From Amoebidium appalachense (Eukaryota; Protista; Ichthyosporea): a stretch of DNA of 64,000 bases. The notes under the pieces are model-generated. The model saw only the letters and a list, made by a program, of their open reading frames with translations, was not told the DNA's origin and searched no databases. Of the stretch, positions 37,945 to 55,053 are shown piece by piece (position 1 is the stretch's first letter; each line of letters opens with the position of its first letter). The stretch covers positions 9,241,355 through 9,305,354 of the forward strand of contig CAVNZM010000006.1 in NCBI GenBank assembly GCA_963693365.1, in the 5' to 3' direction. Both the position numbers and the translations under genes were made by a program.

Positions 37945-38925
37945 GGGGTGTGTGGAAAGATGGTATCTTCTTAACAAATATCAGCAAATGCAATCGCGGT
38001 GAAAGTGGTTCGTAGAGCACACAAATATTCACGCACCTCATGTATGCCCCCGATATATTCCCATCATATTCCTGGGCTATTCCTACCACAATTATGGGGC
38101 AACACACTACCGTAGTTTTGGCATGTGCATCAGTCGCAGAGACTAACGGGGGTTATCATACTGTGTGCACACAAAGTAGCAAATTCTTGATGCCCCCCCC
38201 CCCCCCCCCCCCCCCCCCCCACCCCAACAACGAAGAGAAGAGAGTAAGAAGAAATACAATCTGGTCCCTCCTTTCTCTAACCCCCCCCCCCCCCCCCCCC
38301 CCACCACCACCAAAAAATAAAATGAAATAAAAATAAAAATAAAAATAAAACCAAAAAGCATTTTATGGGTTGTTTGATGATCGGGTTATAGAATGAGGGG
38401 AAGTGGCAATGACCGGGTTTGCTTGCAAGCATTCTGTAATTGTGTTTTTCTGTGTGTCCTGCCACAACTAGGCCGCCTTATCAGAGAGCTAGATGCAGTT
38501 TCTCCGGGTTATCTAGGGGCCGGGCCCGTTGGGATTGTTTTTTAGCTCAGATTTGGTCTGCATTGCTCTTTTAGAGGCTGACTTGCTTGCTGTGCCTCGA
38601 TAGGTTTTGAGGGGGGCCTGTTGGGAAGGAGCAGTAATGATGTCTTCTTGCGGAGTGTGGTCTGGTCAACATCGATGCATATGACTAGTTGGAGCAAACT
38701 AGTTTTACGCATACACGTACACTTAAGGTTTTGCCCGCTGGTGTCCTTTGTCACTTGTCGCTTTATTTTTATTTCGTAGCTTTGGCTTTTTCAGATCTAT
38801 TGGTGGTTATGTAGCCTGTGGCTGCACGTTGCCTTCATCAACCCTAAACCCTAAAACTGCGCTCGCTTGCACTGTCTAACCTTCACACACCCGTCCTGGA
38901 GATAATCGCGGCACATGCACCCCTT

Positions 38926-39954
38926 TTGCAGCGCCTCTGTCTGTCGTCCCTACCACGAGGGGCTCGTCGGCTGTCTCAAACCAGCCAGGCCAGCCCCAAT
39001 CCAAGCCAAGAACCGGAGGTCTTGAATTTTTTGCCACTGAGTGCCTGTACCGAGCTTACATTCCTATCGGTCTGCATCACTGGCACCGTGCTTGAGCAAT
39101 GCAGTGTTGTTGGAATGCTACCGCGCCTGTGTGCGCTAACTTGGAAAAGCGGAGACATCACACAAGCGGGTGTGGATGCTCTCTCCGTGATGAAAACACT
39201 AACCGCCCTCGTTTTTGATTTCGGTGAAACCTCTTCTGTGAGGCCACTCGTTTAACTTTCATCTCTCGACTGCTCCCTTCAAAGCATTTCAGACGACGAC
39301 CTCTCACACTGGCCCATTGCATGACTGGCTGTGTCATGCGGGTCGAGGCAGGCAGTAGGTGCACAGCCAGTGGCACGTCTTACGGCACTAACAACGGCCC
39401 CTCGTTTGCAGGCATTCACGCTCAACCACATGCAGGGGCCCATACACAACCTGTCCTCGATATCACAATACAGTGAACTTACCTCCGTCCACTTGAAGAA
39501 TATGTCGGCACACGAATTACTTCCCGCGTTTCTCGCCGCACCAGAGTCGCTAACTGGTTGCCCCAAAATTCAGCGGGTGGAGATTGAATAGGCACCGGCC
39601 GTGTATGACGTATCTGCCCTCGGTGCATGCTCGCAATTGACATACGTTTTTATTGGCAGTGTGTTCGAGCTCAAGCACGTGTCGCCACTTGCAAAGTGTG
39701 CTCGTCTTCGCATCCTGCACCTCACACAGGCACGATCGGTAGTCGACGTCGGGAGTTTGGTCGCATGCCACGCACTCGAGAAGCTCATTCTATCACACAA
39801 CCGGAATGAGGGGGCAGATGATTCTGATGCGGAGTGGACGAAGAATGCACCGTGTTTACGGCAGGTTGTTCTGACGACATGCAGCAGTGTGCATGGGCAG
39901 GTGGTGTGTCACGCATGCTTGATTGGTTCCAAAGTGGCTCGCAATGGCTGCTGA
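38926..39954 (+). pseudogene. Leucine-rich-repeat protein pseudogene (intronless segment)
   Basis: Three ORFs (38926, 39331, 39601) lie in one frame, separated by TAA (39253), TGA (~39322) and TAG (39589). Repeats of the type 'V.DVS.L..C..L..L.L' are present, e.g. VYDVSALGACSQLTYVFI, LKHVSPLAKCARLRILHL, VVDVGSLVACHALEKLILSHN. Confidence 0.75.
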
Positions 39955-41298
39955 ACATTCAGTGAACCGGTTCCTAGGACTCCTGGAGAGTGCTTGTGCC
40001 GGAGGCGGTGGTCAGGTCCTTTTTCTTTTTTCTTTCTTTCTTTTTTTTTTTGGGGGGGGAGGGGGAGGGGGGGGGGAATAGAGAGGAGGGGGGGGGGGGG
40101 AGGATTGGATAAATGTGAGGGAGTTAGAAAGGGAGGAAGAGGAGGACCGAAGGGAAGGGTGGGGGCGCAGTAGGGGGACCCCCCGGTCGGGGGGGGGGGG
40201 GGGGGGGAGGGGGGGGGAAGGGGAGTGTACAGGGAGGGCCACGGGGGAAGGGGGAGGGAGGGCGAGTGGTTGCAGTGAGGGGAGTGGTGAGGGCATACTT
40301 CACTGCTGGTTCGATACAACACAACAGTTCTTTCACCAAAGTTTTACTCTGTCTGTTTCCGTATTATAACAACGTCTTCATGCTTTTCTCCCTTTCTTTT
40401 AGTTTTTTTCAAAAATTAAAGAATTGAACAAATAAAGGAGTGCAAGGAGGGCAGAGGAAGGGGGGGGGGGGGGGGGGGGGGGGGGGAGGTAGTGGTGGTG
40501 GTGGTGGGGGGGGGGGGGGGGGGGGAGGGGGGGAGACGGAGGATGCCGGCTACGGTACATATGTCAGTGTTCAAAACGTAAATGTGTGCTCCCGGGTATG
40601 GTGTGGATTGTTTGATTGTAAGCGAGACTTTAAGTTTAAACATTTGATGTGATGAGTGGTTTCCGAGGCAGCGCATACGAGTTGTATATGTGTAACTATA
40701 GAATATATTGATGTGACCTAGTTATGATGTGTGTCCCGAGACAAACAAATTTTCGCTTGCGCAATATCTCGCTTAATTCTCAACGGTGGTGTGCCTACAC
40801 GTGTTTGGCATGTTGTATCCAAGGGTGTTGGCGTGAGGCGAGCATGGCTAGGAACTATCTTATATGTGATATGTGTCTAAGCGCTGCGGTAAAGCACGGT
40901 GGTTGACTGTGCACATTTAACTCGTGTTTGCCTATCCCTGCGACAGAGGATTCACGGGGGGAAGGGGGTGGGGATGGTGCAGTGTCTTGACGTTTCCGCT
41001 TGAAGTTTAATAAGGAGTCTGAAGGTGGCATTAGATCGATTGCGAATAATTATAAAGCCTTTCTAATGCAACGTTGAATCATGTGACTATCATCCCTTCC
41101 TCCCCCGCCCTCCCTCCCTCCCCACCGCCTCCCCACGCCCCAAATAAACAGGCTTACCCTGGGTCCCTTGTCTTCCCCGGGCCCGGAATTAGATATTAGA
41201 TGTTTGTGTGCGCGTGTTGACCGTCTTTTATTAAATGCCTTGCCTTATAAAGGTGGGTACCGGCGCACAGGAGTATGCGTGCGTAGGTGTGTGTTCAA

Positions 41299-41357
<59 letters not shown>

Positions 41358-41778
41358 TGTGTGCGTGTGCGTATTCTTGTATGTGTGTGTGGGTTTGTTG
41401 AGCACGGCTGATGGGGGTGGAGGGGGAGGGGGAGAGAGGGGGGGGGGGAGGGGGGAGGGGGGAGGGGCAGGCTAACGTAGTTTAGTAGGGGGTGGCCCAA
41501 GCGTGTGGGGAGCGGGACGAGAGGCCATAGAAACTCTGGTATGCATTTAGCATAGCATATGGCTGCCTTTCATCAGAAAAATAATAAACCCTGTGCCGTC
41601 ACATGTGAAGTGCGCAGATACTGTAGCGTTGGTGAGGGAGTTAGTTCTCTGGATATTTCGCTCGTGGATCCGTGCATGCGAGGGGTGCATTCCCGGGCAG
41701 TTGAAATGGGAGATCCGTGAGAAAGAAAAGCCAATTGCAAAGCACACAGACATACTCGTGCTCACATAAACACACAAG

Positions 41779-41916
<138 letters not shown>

Positions 41917-42844
41917 GTGGCAATAAGCACATGCACATGAGTACATCTCCTGAGTCCGGCACCTGCACCACGGCACCGATACTTGCTGATGCACGATGTA
42001 TGCATACTGTACATTTCACATGCGTATACGTGCGTGCCATTATCACTGATGCATGCGCGTGCACCCTCCGTGTATGTTCGTCACGCGGCGACAGCTGCAA
42101 AAGGCCTACACACAGGGATGGTGATCAGTCCGTGGCACATGTGCACAAAGGCGGCCTGAAGGCTGGTCTGAACCTGCCAGCGGCCGTGACAGACAGAGCT
42201 AGGGCGGTACGGTGGCCGGGGCCCGTCAGGAAGTGTTTGCGCAATCAGCCAGTGCTCAGGCTGTCAACAGCAAATAGAAGGGGACACACGCACATTTCCA
42301 TAAAAGGCGAATACCAACATTTAACTATATATGGTTATACGAACACATTATTATTGGACAAATTTATGCAAGTGTGCCAGGGTACACCTGGCCAAGGTGT
42401 GTACAAAGGCCGGCCGCCGCTGTTCAAGTTGGAACTTCGACTCCGGTCCGACTGCCACTTGTAGCGGTGTGACACAACGGCGTGACCACGCGCAGACAGG
42501 TACTAGCTACGAAGGACAGTTTCTCGCTACCGAAGGGCTTTTGCAAAATGTAAGTGCTGGCGTACTTGTGCGGGTGGGTGCTTAAAGCGAGGGAGGAAGG
42601 GAGGGGGTGGGAGAGGGGGAAGTGGCGGGGGGAGGGGGGAGGGGAAGGAGGAGCGGGGGAGGGGATCCGGAAGGACAATGAAGAACCCATCTCCCTACTT
42701 GCAGTTTTATTGCAACTATAGTAGCTCAAGGCAGAGCGCTTATCTGAGGTTTCGGTCCTGCTTTTAAAGTCGAATAGAGGGAGGTTGAAGACGGGCCAAG
42801 AAAAAAAAAAAAAAAAAAAAAAAAAAGCGATCGAAAGGACACCT

Positions 42845-42885
<41 letters not shown>

Positions 42886-43421
42886 TCCCCCCCCCCCCCC
42901 CCCCCCTCTCCCGGGCCCCCGCTCCCCCCTCGAATTCTAGACATCTGCAATACATTATAGTTGTCAGTCGTGAGGATGTACATAGTACTCTATGAAGCTA
43001 ATCTATGACACACTCTATCCCCCCCCCCCCCTCCCCCCCCTCCCCCCTCCCCCCCCCCCCCCCCCCCCAACCCCCTCCCCCCACCCCAAGTTCTCGGGGA
43101 GAGCTCCCCTCCTTGAAGGATTTACCGTCGCTCCTAGTTTATTCCCTTCCCTCCCTACTTCGTTCGTTCTTCCTTTCCTTCTCCACTCATCACTTCCCCT
43201 GTCCATGCCCTTGTAGTTTCGTCGAAGAAACTGGATACTTTTTCTTCGGCCCTCACAGCTAAGCTTCTCGAGGCCCATCTCGGGTCTTCATCACTATCTG
43301 CCACACGCGACAAAGTCATCACCAAACACGGGCCTGTTCTCTCTCAAGCATTTCCTTTTCTTTCGTGCATCTTACGCTCATCTAACACGAGTCTCCGTTT
43401 CCCCACACAGACACCAGCAAG

Positions 43422-47159
<3,738 letters not shown>

Positions 47160-47668
47160 TTGTTGACGGATGCATAGGAGCTCGACCGTTACTATAATGT
47201 TTGTAACGGATAATGTGTATCTTATTTGTCATGATAAAAGATGTAAACAGGCCCGGGAATATCAACGGGGTTGTAAGAAAAAAGAAGAAATGAAAGGATT
47301 TCACGGGTCTTCCCGGGCAGAGTCTTACTATGGACCTCATTATTAACATTAGTCTCTGGAGTTACTGTTCGAATTCATTATAATGTGATTAATCCATATC
47401 TAATTCATACGTTAGTTTCATAATAAAAGAAGCCCCTGCTGCTGCATGACAGAAAATAAATCAATAATGCGTTTTCACAATGATCTCAAGATGGCCAGCT
47501 TGCAGGGACCGTCCCTAAATCGGCTGCATCGAGTAGCTATGTGAGTGCAGTATAATTGGCAATACACAACTGCAGGGAAACTGCATGGGTGATATCATTC
47601 GATGGCAGCTGCAGGTGACAATTTGTTATTTTCACATGACTGGTACGTCCGGAAGTGCTGAAAAGGAA

Positions 47669-47708
<40 letters not shown>

Positions 47709-47970
47709 CCTCCTCCTTTCCCCGCCGCCCGCCCGTCCCCCTGGAGACTCATCCTCGTCCGCATGCGCCCTTGGGCCACCAGGCCACCGCATGCATGCGC
47801 CCCGTGGGCCAGTCACACGACGCGTAGCTACTCTAGAGCAGCAGTCCATGGCCAGGTCGTCCGCACTACGTGCAACGGGCTGAATCACAGCTTGACTCAA
47901 GGGCACACAGACACACAAAAAAAATTTCAGGCACGCTCGAACGTGCACGTGTGTGCGCGCACGCGCGCGT

Positions 47971-48063
<93 letters not shown>

Positions 48064-48978
48064 GTAATAGTAGTCAGTGGAAAGATTTGGCAAATTTAAA
48101 GACGTAAGAGCGAGCTCGACAACTTGTTATGCGCCTCTGGAGCACAAATTTTCAAATACTCCAAGGAGGGCAGCTGCAGCACAGAGAAGCCTGCTTCCAT
48201 AATTATGTATACTCGGACTGCACTGTAACACTGCCAGGGCCTAATATTACGATTTGATCCAATCCGATGAGAACATGTAACATCATAAATGGAAGCGGCT
48301 TCTTCCAAATTAGGTAATAAACATACCGGCCGGGGTTCTGTAAAAATATCAGAGAGGGGGTAGAGCCGTGCAGAATGAGTACACATCAAAAAAAGGAAAA
48401 AGTAATTGGTATATGTTCCATGAAAGTAATAAATATAATTACCAAAAATATATTAGTATCTATGTTTAGAGGCTTTTGTTCCATCAAATATTAAAACATA
48501 CAGGCACAACCTCCCAAGGTATCCTTGGCGCAAACAAATTTTGGCGGGCGGAATGGACCAATCATCTCTTGAGCCGAAAACACCATATGCGAGGTGCTGG
48601 GGGGTGGCGGACCCTCCCACACTTTGGAGCCCACAACAACACAGTCGTGTGTTTTTTTGGGGGGTGCGGCATGCCAGGAGCTACTACTAGAGAGAAGGGG
48701 GGGGTATGATTGGAGGGGGGGGTGTTCAGCTAACCTTATATGGATAAAGCAAAGTTACAAGGATTCAAGCCATTGGTTGGGCAAGACCCCTTTTGCCGAA
48801 TATGGATAACAGATCATACACTGCTGTAGGCGGCGGTCAGGAATTGGCGCGCTCTTTACTGGTCACAACCAGTCCGGGAAGGCCATGAGCAGCATTGCCG
48901 AGCACACTGGAATACGGGAATGTTTGCGGTAACGTAGTCGCACTAGGGGGGCAGGGGGCCAGGCCCCAAGTGTTTAAA

Positions 48979-50372
48979 ATGAAGCCAGGCTGCCCTAAGG
49001 GCACAACACAGCGCCCTGGGCATAAAACAGGCGGAGCTAGGGAGGGAGCTGGGCGCAAAAAAAAAAGATGCTGCATTTGTTCAGCCTTTAGCGAACTTTG
49101 CAGGTTTTGGGACGGCAAACAAAGCTGTTTTGCAGGAACTAAACGTAAACGTACAACCCGAACAGCCCCCTCTATCTAAGGCCGCCGACATAAGGGCCCG
49201 TGTAGTTGAGGCAGGTAGCGTCCATTCGTTACCAAGAGAAATGGATCGGGCCCCTGCTCCACACCCACCAGACATACAGGTGCAACCCGACGAGGAACCT
49301 TTGCTAAATGCAGCAGCAGATGCGTACCGGGTAGACGAGGATGAAGGGGAGGAAGAGGGAGAAGATAATACGGACGGGGATGACGGTGGAGAGGAGTTTT
49401 CTGACGCGGCGGGCGAAACAATCAAGTCGCACCTGCACACAGTGAAAGAGAGTCTCAAAGATGAGAAGACGCCTGTGGGGTGGCATCTTCCACCTCCCAT
49501 TATAGGCTTTAAATTTGGGGGCGATCCAGCGCCTTTCTACAAACCCAGATGTTTTGCCTGGCTTCCGGAAAGGTTGTCTCCCGGTTTCATGGTGCCGTGC
49601 CCCTTCGATGATCACTACGTGGACCCCCACAACCACCCCAACCCACACCGTACTTCTCGCAATGGGTTCATGAGCAACCCCGTAGGACGGCGTGTTATCG
49701 ACTTTGACAGCTGCTACTACATTATCACGGCCCGGTACTTTTGTGACACATGCAAAAAAAACTTTGCCGGCACAAACCCCCAGACAATTAAACGCCTTCC
49801 ACTCTTCATGCGTGATCAGTTTCCGGCCTACCTTAGCCACCGCAGTGGGCTCGACCTAAAGGTGGTAACATTGTTGCGTGCACTGGCAGACAAAGGTGTG
49901 GGCCCAAACGCCTTTGCCACCCTCCTCTCGGAGCTCCACAAGCAGCGATACGACGAGCAGCGGCTCCTGTATTACTCGAGGGCGCTGCATTGGACCAAGT
50001 ATGAACTCAAAAAGCGTAACGATTTCCGCCCCCACGACCAGCGCCTGACAGAACTTCCCCCAGAGGAGCAGGCGGCTAAGTTCTCGGCGTTTGGTGACAA
50101 AAATGGTTACGCTGGACATGTGCCTTCAGGCAAGTGTGCACTGCATTTTGGGTGTGTAAATGGTCCCCATTGTTTTGTATGCACGTGCTTGGGCATTTTT
50201 TGGGTTGGCTTGGTAGGGTTTTGTTTTATTATTTTTTATTTTTTTTTTAGGGGGGGGGGGGGACTTGGAAATGGGTTTTGGAAGTGTGGTCAATAAGTTT
50301 CTATTATGGTGGTGGTGGATGTGTGGTGGTGGATGTGCGCCTGTGAGTGTGCGTGTACTTGTGGGTCCGTGT

Positions 50373-50403
<31 letters not shown>

Positions 50404-50489
50404 GGGGAGGGGGGGGGAGGGGGGACATGGTGATGGATTAGGTGGTGGTGGTGGCAATCAGTCATGGTGGTGGTGGTGGTGGTGGTGGT

Positions 50490-50521
<32 letters not shown>

Positions 50522-50676
50522 GGGGGGGGGCAGAGGGATCATCAGAGGGGTGAAAGCATAACGGTCCATGTACCAGTGAGTGTGCTTGGGAAATCGTGGA
50601 GAACTGTTATGCCTGAAATTAGATGGTGGGTGTGCGCATGTGTGTCTGTGTGTGTTGGGGGAAAGGAGGTGGAGAG

Positions 50677-50715
<39 letters not shown>

Positions 50716-51629
50716 GGGGGGGGCACATGGTGGTAGACTGGATCTTGGTGGCGGTACTTAATGGTTATTATAGTAGTGGCAGGAGGGTGTGGGGGGAAGG
50801 GCAAACGGACGTGCAGGGGACAAACTGCAGATGGGGCACAAAGGGGAAAGAAGGTGAAAGTTGGTGCAATGACTTGGAGGGTTTGCGCGCGCCGGGAGGC
50901 GGGGGGAGGGGGGGGGGGGGGGGAGGGGGGGGGGGGCAAACGGCCGGAGATGGGTGTGTAGCGTTTTTGAGATGGGAAAAGCCATACAGACTTACGAAAA
51001 TACAGAGAGGTGAGATGAACACGAGGGACTAGAGGGAATGGGGGGGATGGTCCTGATGGGAGGGTGGTGGAGTTCTAACAGTACTTGGGGTTCAGGCAAA
51101 TACCTGAGTGCCGTGTATACTGAGTTCAGCGACCGCACGGCAAAGTACCAGAGCCTGGACACGCAGCTCAAGCCCGTAAACAACGTGCTCAAGGCCGACC
51201 ACACCTTCCAAATTGGGAAGCTCACCGGCATCAATGGGGAGCCTCTGTACCGAGGCCTATGGACTTGTGTAAACGAGCTTGGCGGTGTGTGGTCCCTCCT
51301 CTTCTCCCCCCTCCCCCCACTCTCCCCCAGGCCCCCTTCCCCCCCTCCCCCCCCCCCCCACACACGCCCACCCCCCCCCCCCACACACACACACACACAC
51401 ACGCCCCCCTCCCCCCTCCCCCCCCTCCCCCCCTCTAGGGCCTTTAAATCTCTTAGGCTCCACATTTAATGAGGTGGCACACTGTGAGTAGAGGTTTGTA
51501 GTATGTGGGTTTTGGGGACAATTCTTGCCCTGTCGAGCAAAAACTAGGAAGCTCCAGATATGTGTGTATGTGTTTTTGCTGGGTAGAGATTGGGGTGGGC
51601 TGGGGTGGAGCTTTCTTTTGGCGGGGAAT

Positions 51630-51707
<78 letters not shown>

Positions 51708-53327
51708 AGCTTCTGCCAAGCAGAATGGGAGTAGGGGCCAGTGATTGCAAGGGATGCAGGGGGGGGGGGGGGGGGGGGGGGGGGGGGAGAGACACCACCG
51801 TCGGGGTTGAAGGTAGAGAGGGCAAGAGGCCCGGGGTGGGGTGGGGGGGGGGGGGGGGGGGGGGACAGTAGGTGCCATATGGAGGGCTGTCCCATGGTTT
51901 GGGGGGAGGGGGAGTGGGGAAGGATCGTGGGCACATGGGTTTGGGGGGGAAGGCAGAGAGGGGGAAAGGATTGTGATCACAAGGGTTTAGGGGGAGGAAG
52001 GGGGAAGGATTGTAGGTACATGGGTTTAGGGGGAGGGGGGGGGGAAGATTTTGGGGGAAAGGGAGGCCTGGGGAAAGTATGTGGGCACATGGGTTTGGGG
52101 GGAAGGAGGGGGAAGGGTTTTGGGGGAGAGGGAGGGGAAAGTATGTGGGCACATGGGTTTGGGGGGAGGGAGGGGGAAAGGATTGTGTGGGCACTGAAGT
52201 CTCGTGAAGGGCCATGTGGTAAGGGAAGCTAGAACATGCATGGCTGCTCGGAGATGCCCTCTCACACAGTGCGGCACCCCAGAGATCCGGGCGCAGGTAT
52301 TTACACGGGACTGCAGCCACCAGGAGATTGAGCCCGTGATCCAGCGCATCTCTGCCACCACGGCGGCGCTCAACAGCAAGGGCCCGGCCTTCTTCTACAC
52401 AGATCGGTGCTGCCAAGACCGGGCGTTTGTTGAGCGCATGTTTCCAACCCTAGCCCGGCCAAAATGCCCCGTCCGTCTGAACGAGGCTGCGCTGGTAAGC
52501 GTGACGGACGGTCTGCCTGGGCTGGAGCTGCCGGCCAACTACCCTAAGCCGGTGTACACCGACTGCCAGGGGGCGGTGGTGGCTACAGCGGCCATTCGTG
52601 CCGACCTGGAGGGGCAGCAGCACCGCGTGGTGGGGCTGGACTGCGAGTGGGTCTATCGGGTGGGCCAGGCGCGGTCCAAGGTTTGCACGCTGCAGATTGC
52701 CACCGCACGGGCCGTGTACATCTTCCACTTGGCACGCATGGGCCCCAACCACAGCCCGCCCGCGCGGCTGGTGGACGAGCTGATTGCGCTGCTTAGGGAC
52801 CCCAGCATCATCAAGGTGGGCAAGCAGATCGGCACGGACTCGGCCCACCTCAACAAGGACTACGGCACCCCTGTGGCCAGCTATCTGGAGCTGGGCCGGT
52901 TCTGCTATGCCCGTGCAGCTATCACCTCTGCGGCCCGGGGCTTGGCCGACATCACTGCCCAGGTCATAGGCAAGAAGCTGCCCAAGCCGGCACTTGTTCG
53001 ATGCTCCAACTGGCACGAGCCGCTATCAGAGGTGCAGGCCACCTACGCTGCCCTTGATGCATATGCGTCCCTGCAGGTCTACTCGGCCGTGGTCGATAGG
53101 CCAAACCTGTCAGGTGTGTATCCCACCTGCTTTTTGCCCCAGTGCTTATGTGCTTATGCCAGATATAGAAAGATTGTGGGCCCCCCAGAGGAGAGGGGAG
53201 GGGGAGGGAGGGGGGGGGGGGGGGGGGGGGGGGTGGCTGACCACATGGGCCAGTGTTCCAGTTGTGTTATGCTGGGTGTCGGGTGGCTATCAAAGGAGGG
53301 GGTGATTGGTGGTGGTGGTGGTGGTGG

Positions 53328-53358
<31 letters not shown>

Positions 53359-54549
53359 TATAGCACTGTTAACACGTGCAAGTGCCACACAAGCTGGGCA
53401 CTGGGAGAGGGGGGGGGGGGAGGGAGAAGGGGGGGGGGGGGGGGGAAGGGGGTTGCTAAGGAATATGCATTTGATTTTTGTGGAGCGAAGAGAAAAACGT
53501 TGGTGCTGTGGCTTTTTGGCTGAGTTTTTTGCTTCCCTCTATGACATGCAGCGCGGCTTCATGCAAAGGCACTCGGTGAAGGGGTTGAGATTGTGCCCCG
53601 GCGGGGCCCACATGCTGCAGCAGCCACCGGGGTGGTGCTGGCTGTGCAGCCGGAGCGCTGGGGGGGCATGAAGGTGGGCAAGAAGCATGCAGTGGTGCGG
53701 GCTTTGGCCCAAGACTTCAACAAGGCTGCCTCTGTGGCTGGGGGAATCTACATGAAGGATGCGGCCTACATCAAGAAGCATTTCGACAAGTGGAAGACCT
53801 GGCAGACGGCACATGCACAGCGCTCCACACACGAGGGCCTGGCAGATCACCGCAAGCGTATGCGCGAGGAGAGGGCAGACGCTGTGCCAGCAACCATACG
53901 GCCTGCCCCCTTGCCACCCCTCCCTGTTCCAGACGGTGTCGATGCAGGGGCGCAGCGTGAGCGGCCCTTGCCCATGCTAGTGGGCAAAAAGCATCGCAAC
54001 ATTGGCCCTGAGGGGCCCCTGCAGATGGATTTGCCGGTGCCCCCTCCTATGCAGCCACCCCAGAGAGCCCCCAAGACCTGCAAGACGTGTGGCCGCCAGG
54101 GCAAGGGCTGCCCCGGCTCCAATCGGGCCAAGAGCTGCCCACGTTGGGTTGCAGCCAATCAGGATGCCATGCCACCAGCACCCGCGCTTGACATGCAGCA
54201 GGGCCATGTGCCGCACATGCCCCCTGCACCCCATCCAGGCCCGCACCACCCACATGGCTGGCCCCCACCGTGGGGCATCATGCCGCCTCAGCCCGGCCCT
54301 GCCTTCCCCATGCCTGGGCTACTGCCGCAGCACGGTCCCCATCCTTACTTGGGCCATGTGGGCCAGCCCTCGGCTGGTGGGCAGTTCCCACCCCCTTCTC
54401 GTGCATCTGCTGTGCTGGGCCTGGCGTTGCCACCTGCTGGAGAGACGCAGCTGCAATGGCACAATCGAAAGCAAAGTAATCGTGGCCGCAAGTCTGCAGG
54501 CAGCCAATCAGGATCTCAGAGTAGTCAGAGTAGCCAAACTAGTGTCTAA
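48979..54549 (+). mobile_element. Transposase-like gene: DUF6729-type Cys/Zn domain, DDE-like motifs, inserted WRN-like DEDDy 3'-5' exonuclease, Pro/Gln-rich tail. Exons 48979-50129 (frameshift in A10 at 49057-49066), 51096-51284, 52283-53113, 53552-54549
   Basis: Motifs: WLPE...VPCP...GRRVIDFDSCYYIITARYFCDTCKKNF...LP..MRDQFPAYLSHRSGLD; GYAGHVPSG|KYL; LKADHTFQIGK; LWTCVNELG|EIR; FFYTDRCCQDR. Exonuclease: VVGLDCEW (ExoI), KVG..I..D (ExoII), SNW...L...Q..YAALDAY (ExoIII). Splice phases are consistent. Element termini and TSD were not found. Confidence 0.8.
51890..52195. repeat. Degenerate G-rich minisatellite (GTGGGCACATGGGTTTGGGGGG...) in intron 2 of the transposase-like gene
   Basis: CACATGGGTTT[AG]GGGG-like units recur about 6 times, separated by G/A-rich spacers. 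Confidence 0.75.
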
Positions 54550-54635
54550 TATTGGAATGTACACCAATGTAACGGATCTCATATGTGTTGTAGTGCTTCA
54601 AGTTATACCTGTTCTTCGTACAGTCATGTTAGGGG

Positions 54636-54673
<38 letters not shown>

Positions 54674-54976
54674 CTAGCTTTCATTCCGAAGTTTACTGTA
54701 AAGAATTAAAATTTAGAATCTGAGTAATAGTACAGAGCCTTTGCACTTTTCTCTGTTTGTTAGGAATTCTTTGTGATCGAGAGTATGGTGTGTTAGACTA
54801 TTGGTGTTAATGTGTCCTGGAAGGTGTATAATGTCTGCTGGCCGTAGTCAGTATCTATTTTTAGGTATATAGTATATTTTTAAATGTTGGCCGCTGGCCA
54901 ATAAATAGCAAATAATAAACACACGATAAAGTCAACAGCGTGCCAAAAAACTAATCCCCAGCGAGCGCACCCTGTG

Positions 54977-55053
<77 letters not shown>

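Noticed and set aside
34300-38200. Exon-like islands between G-runs (e.g. 35030-35130, 37320-37430, 37594-37673)
   Set aside because: No consistent spliced frame or recognisable motif was found. It may be a decayed gene, but I cannot support a model.
38841-38856. Telomere-like (CCCTAAA)2
   Set aside because: Only two units; compatible with chance.
38926-39954. Stop-codon reassignment to explain the in-frame stops
   Set aside because: TAA, TAG and TGA each terminate other gene models in this window.
49057-49066. Programmed frameshift at A10 in the transposase-like gene
   Set aside because: A one-base homopolymer error or mutation is simpler; read-level data would be needed.
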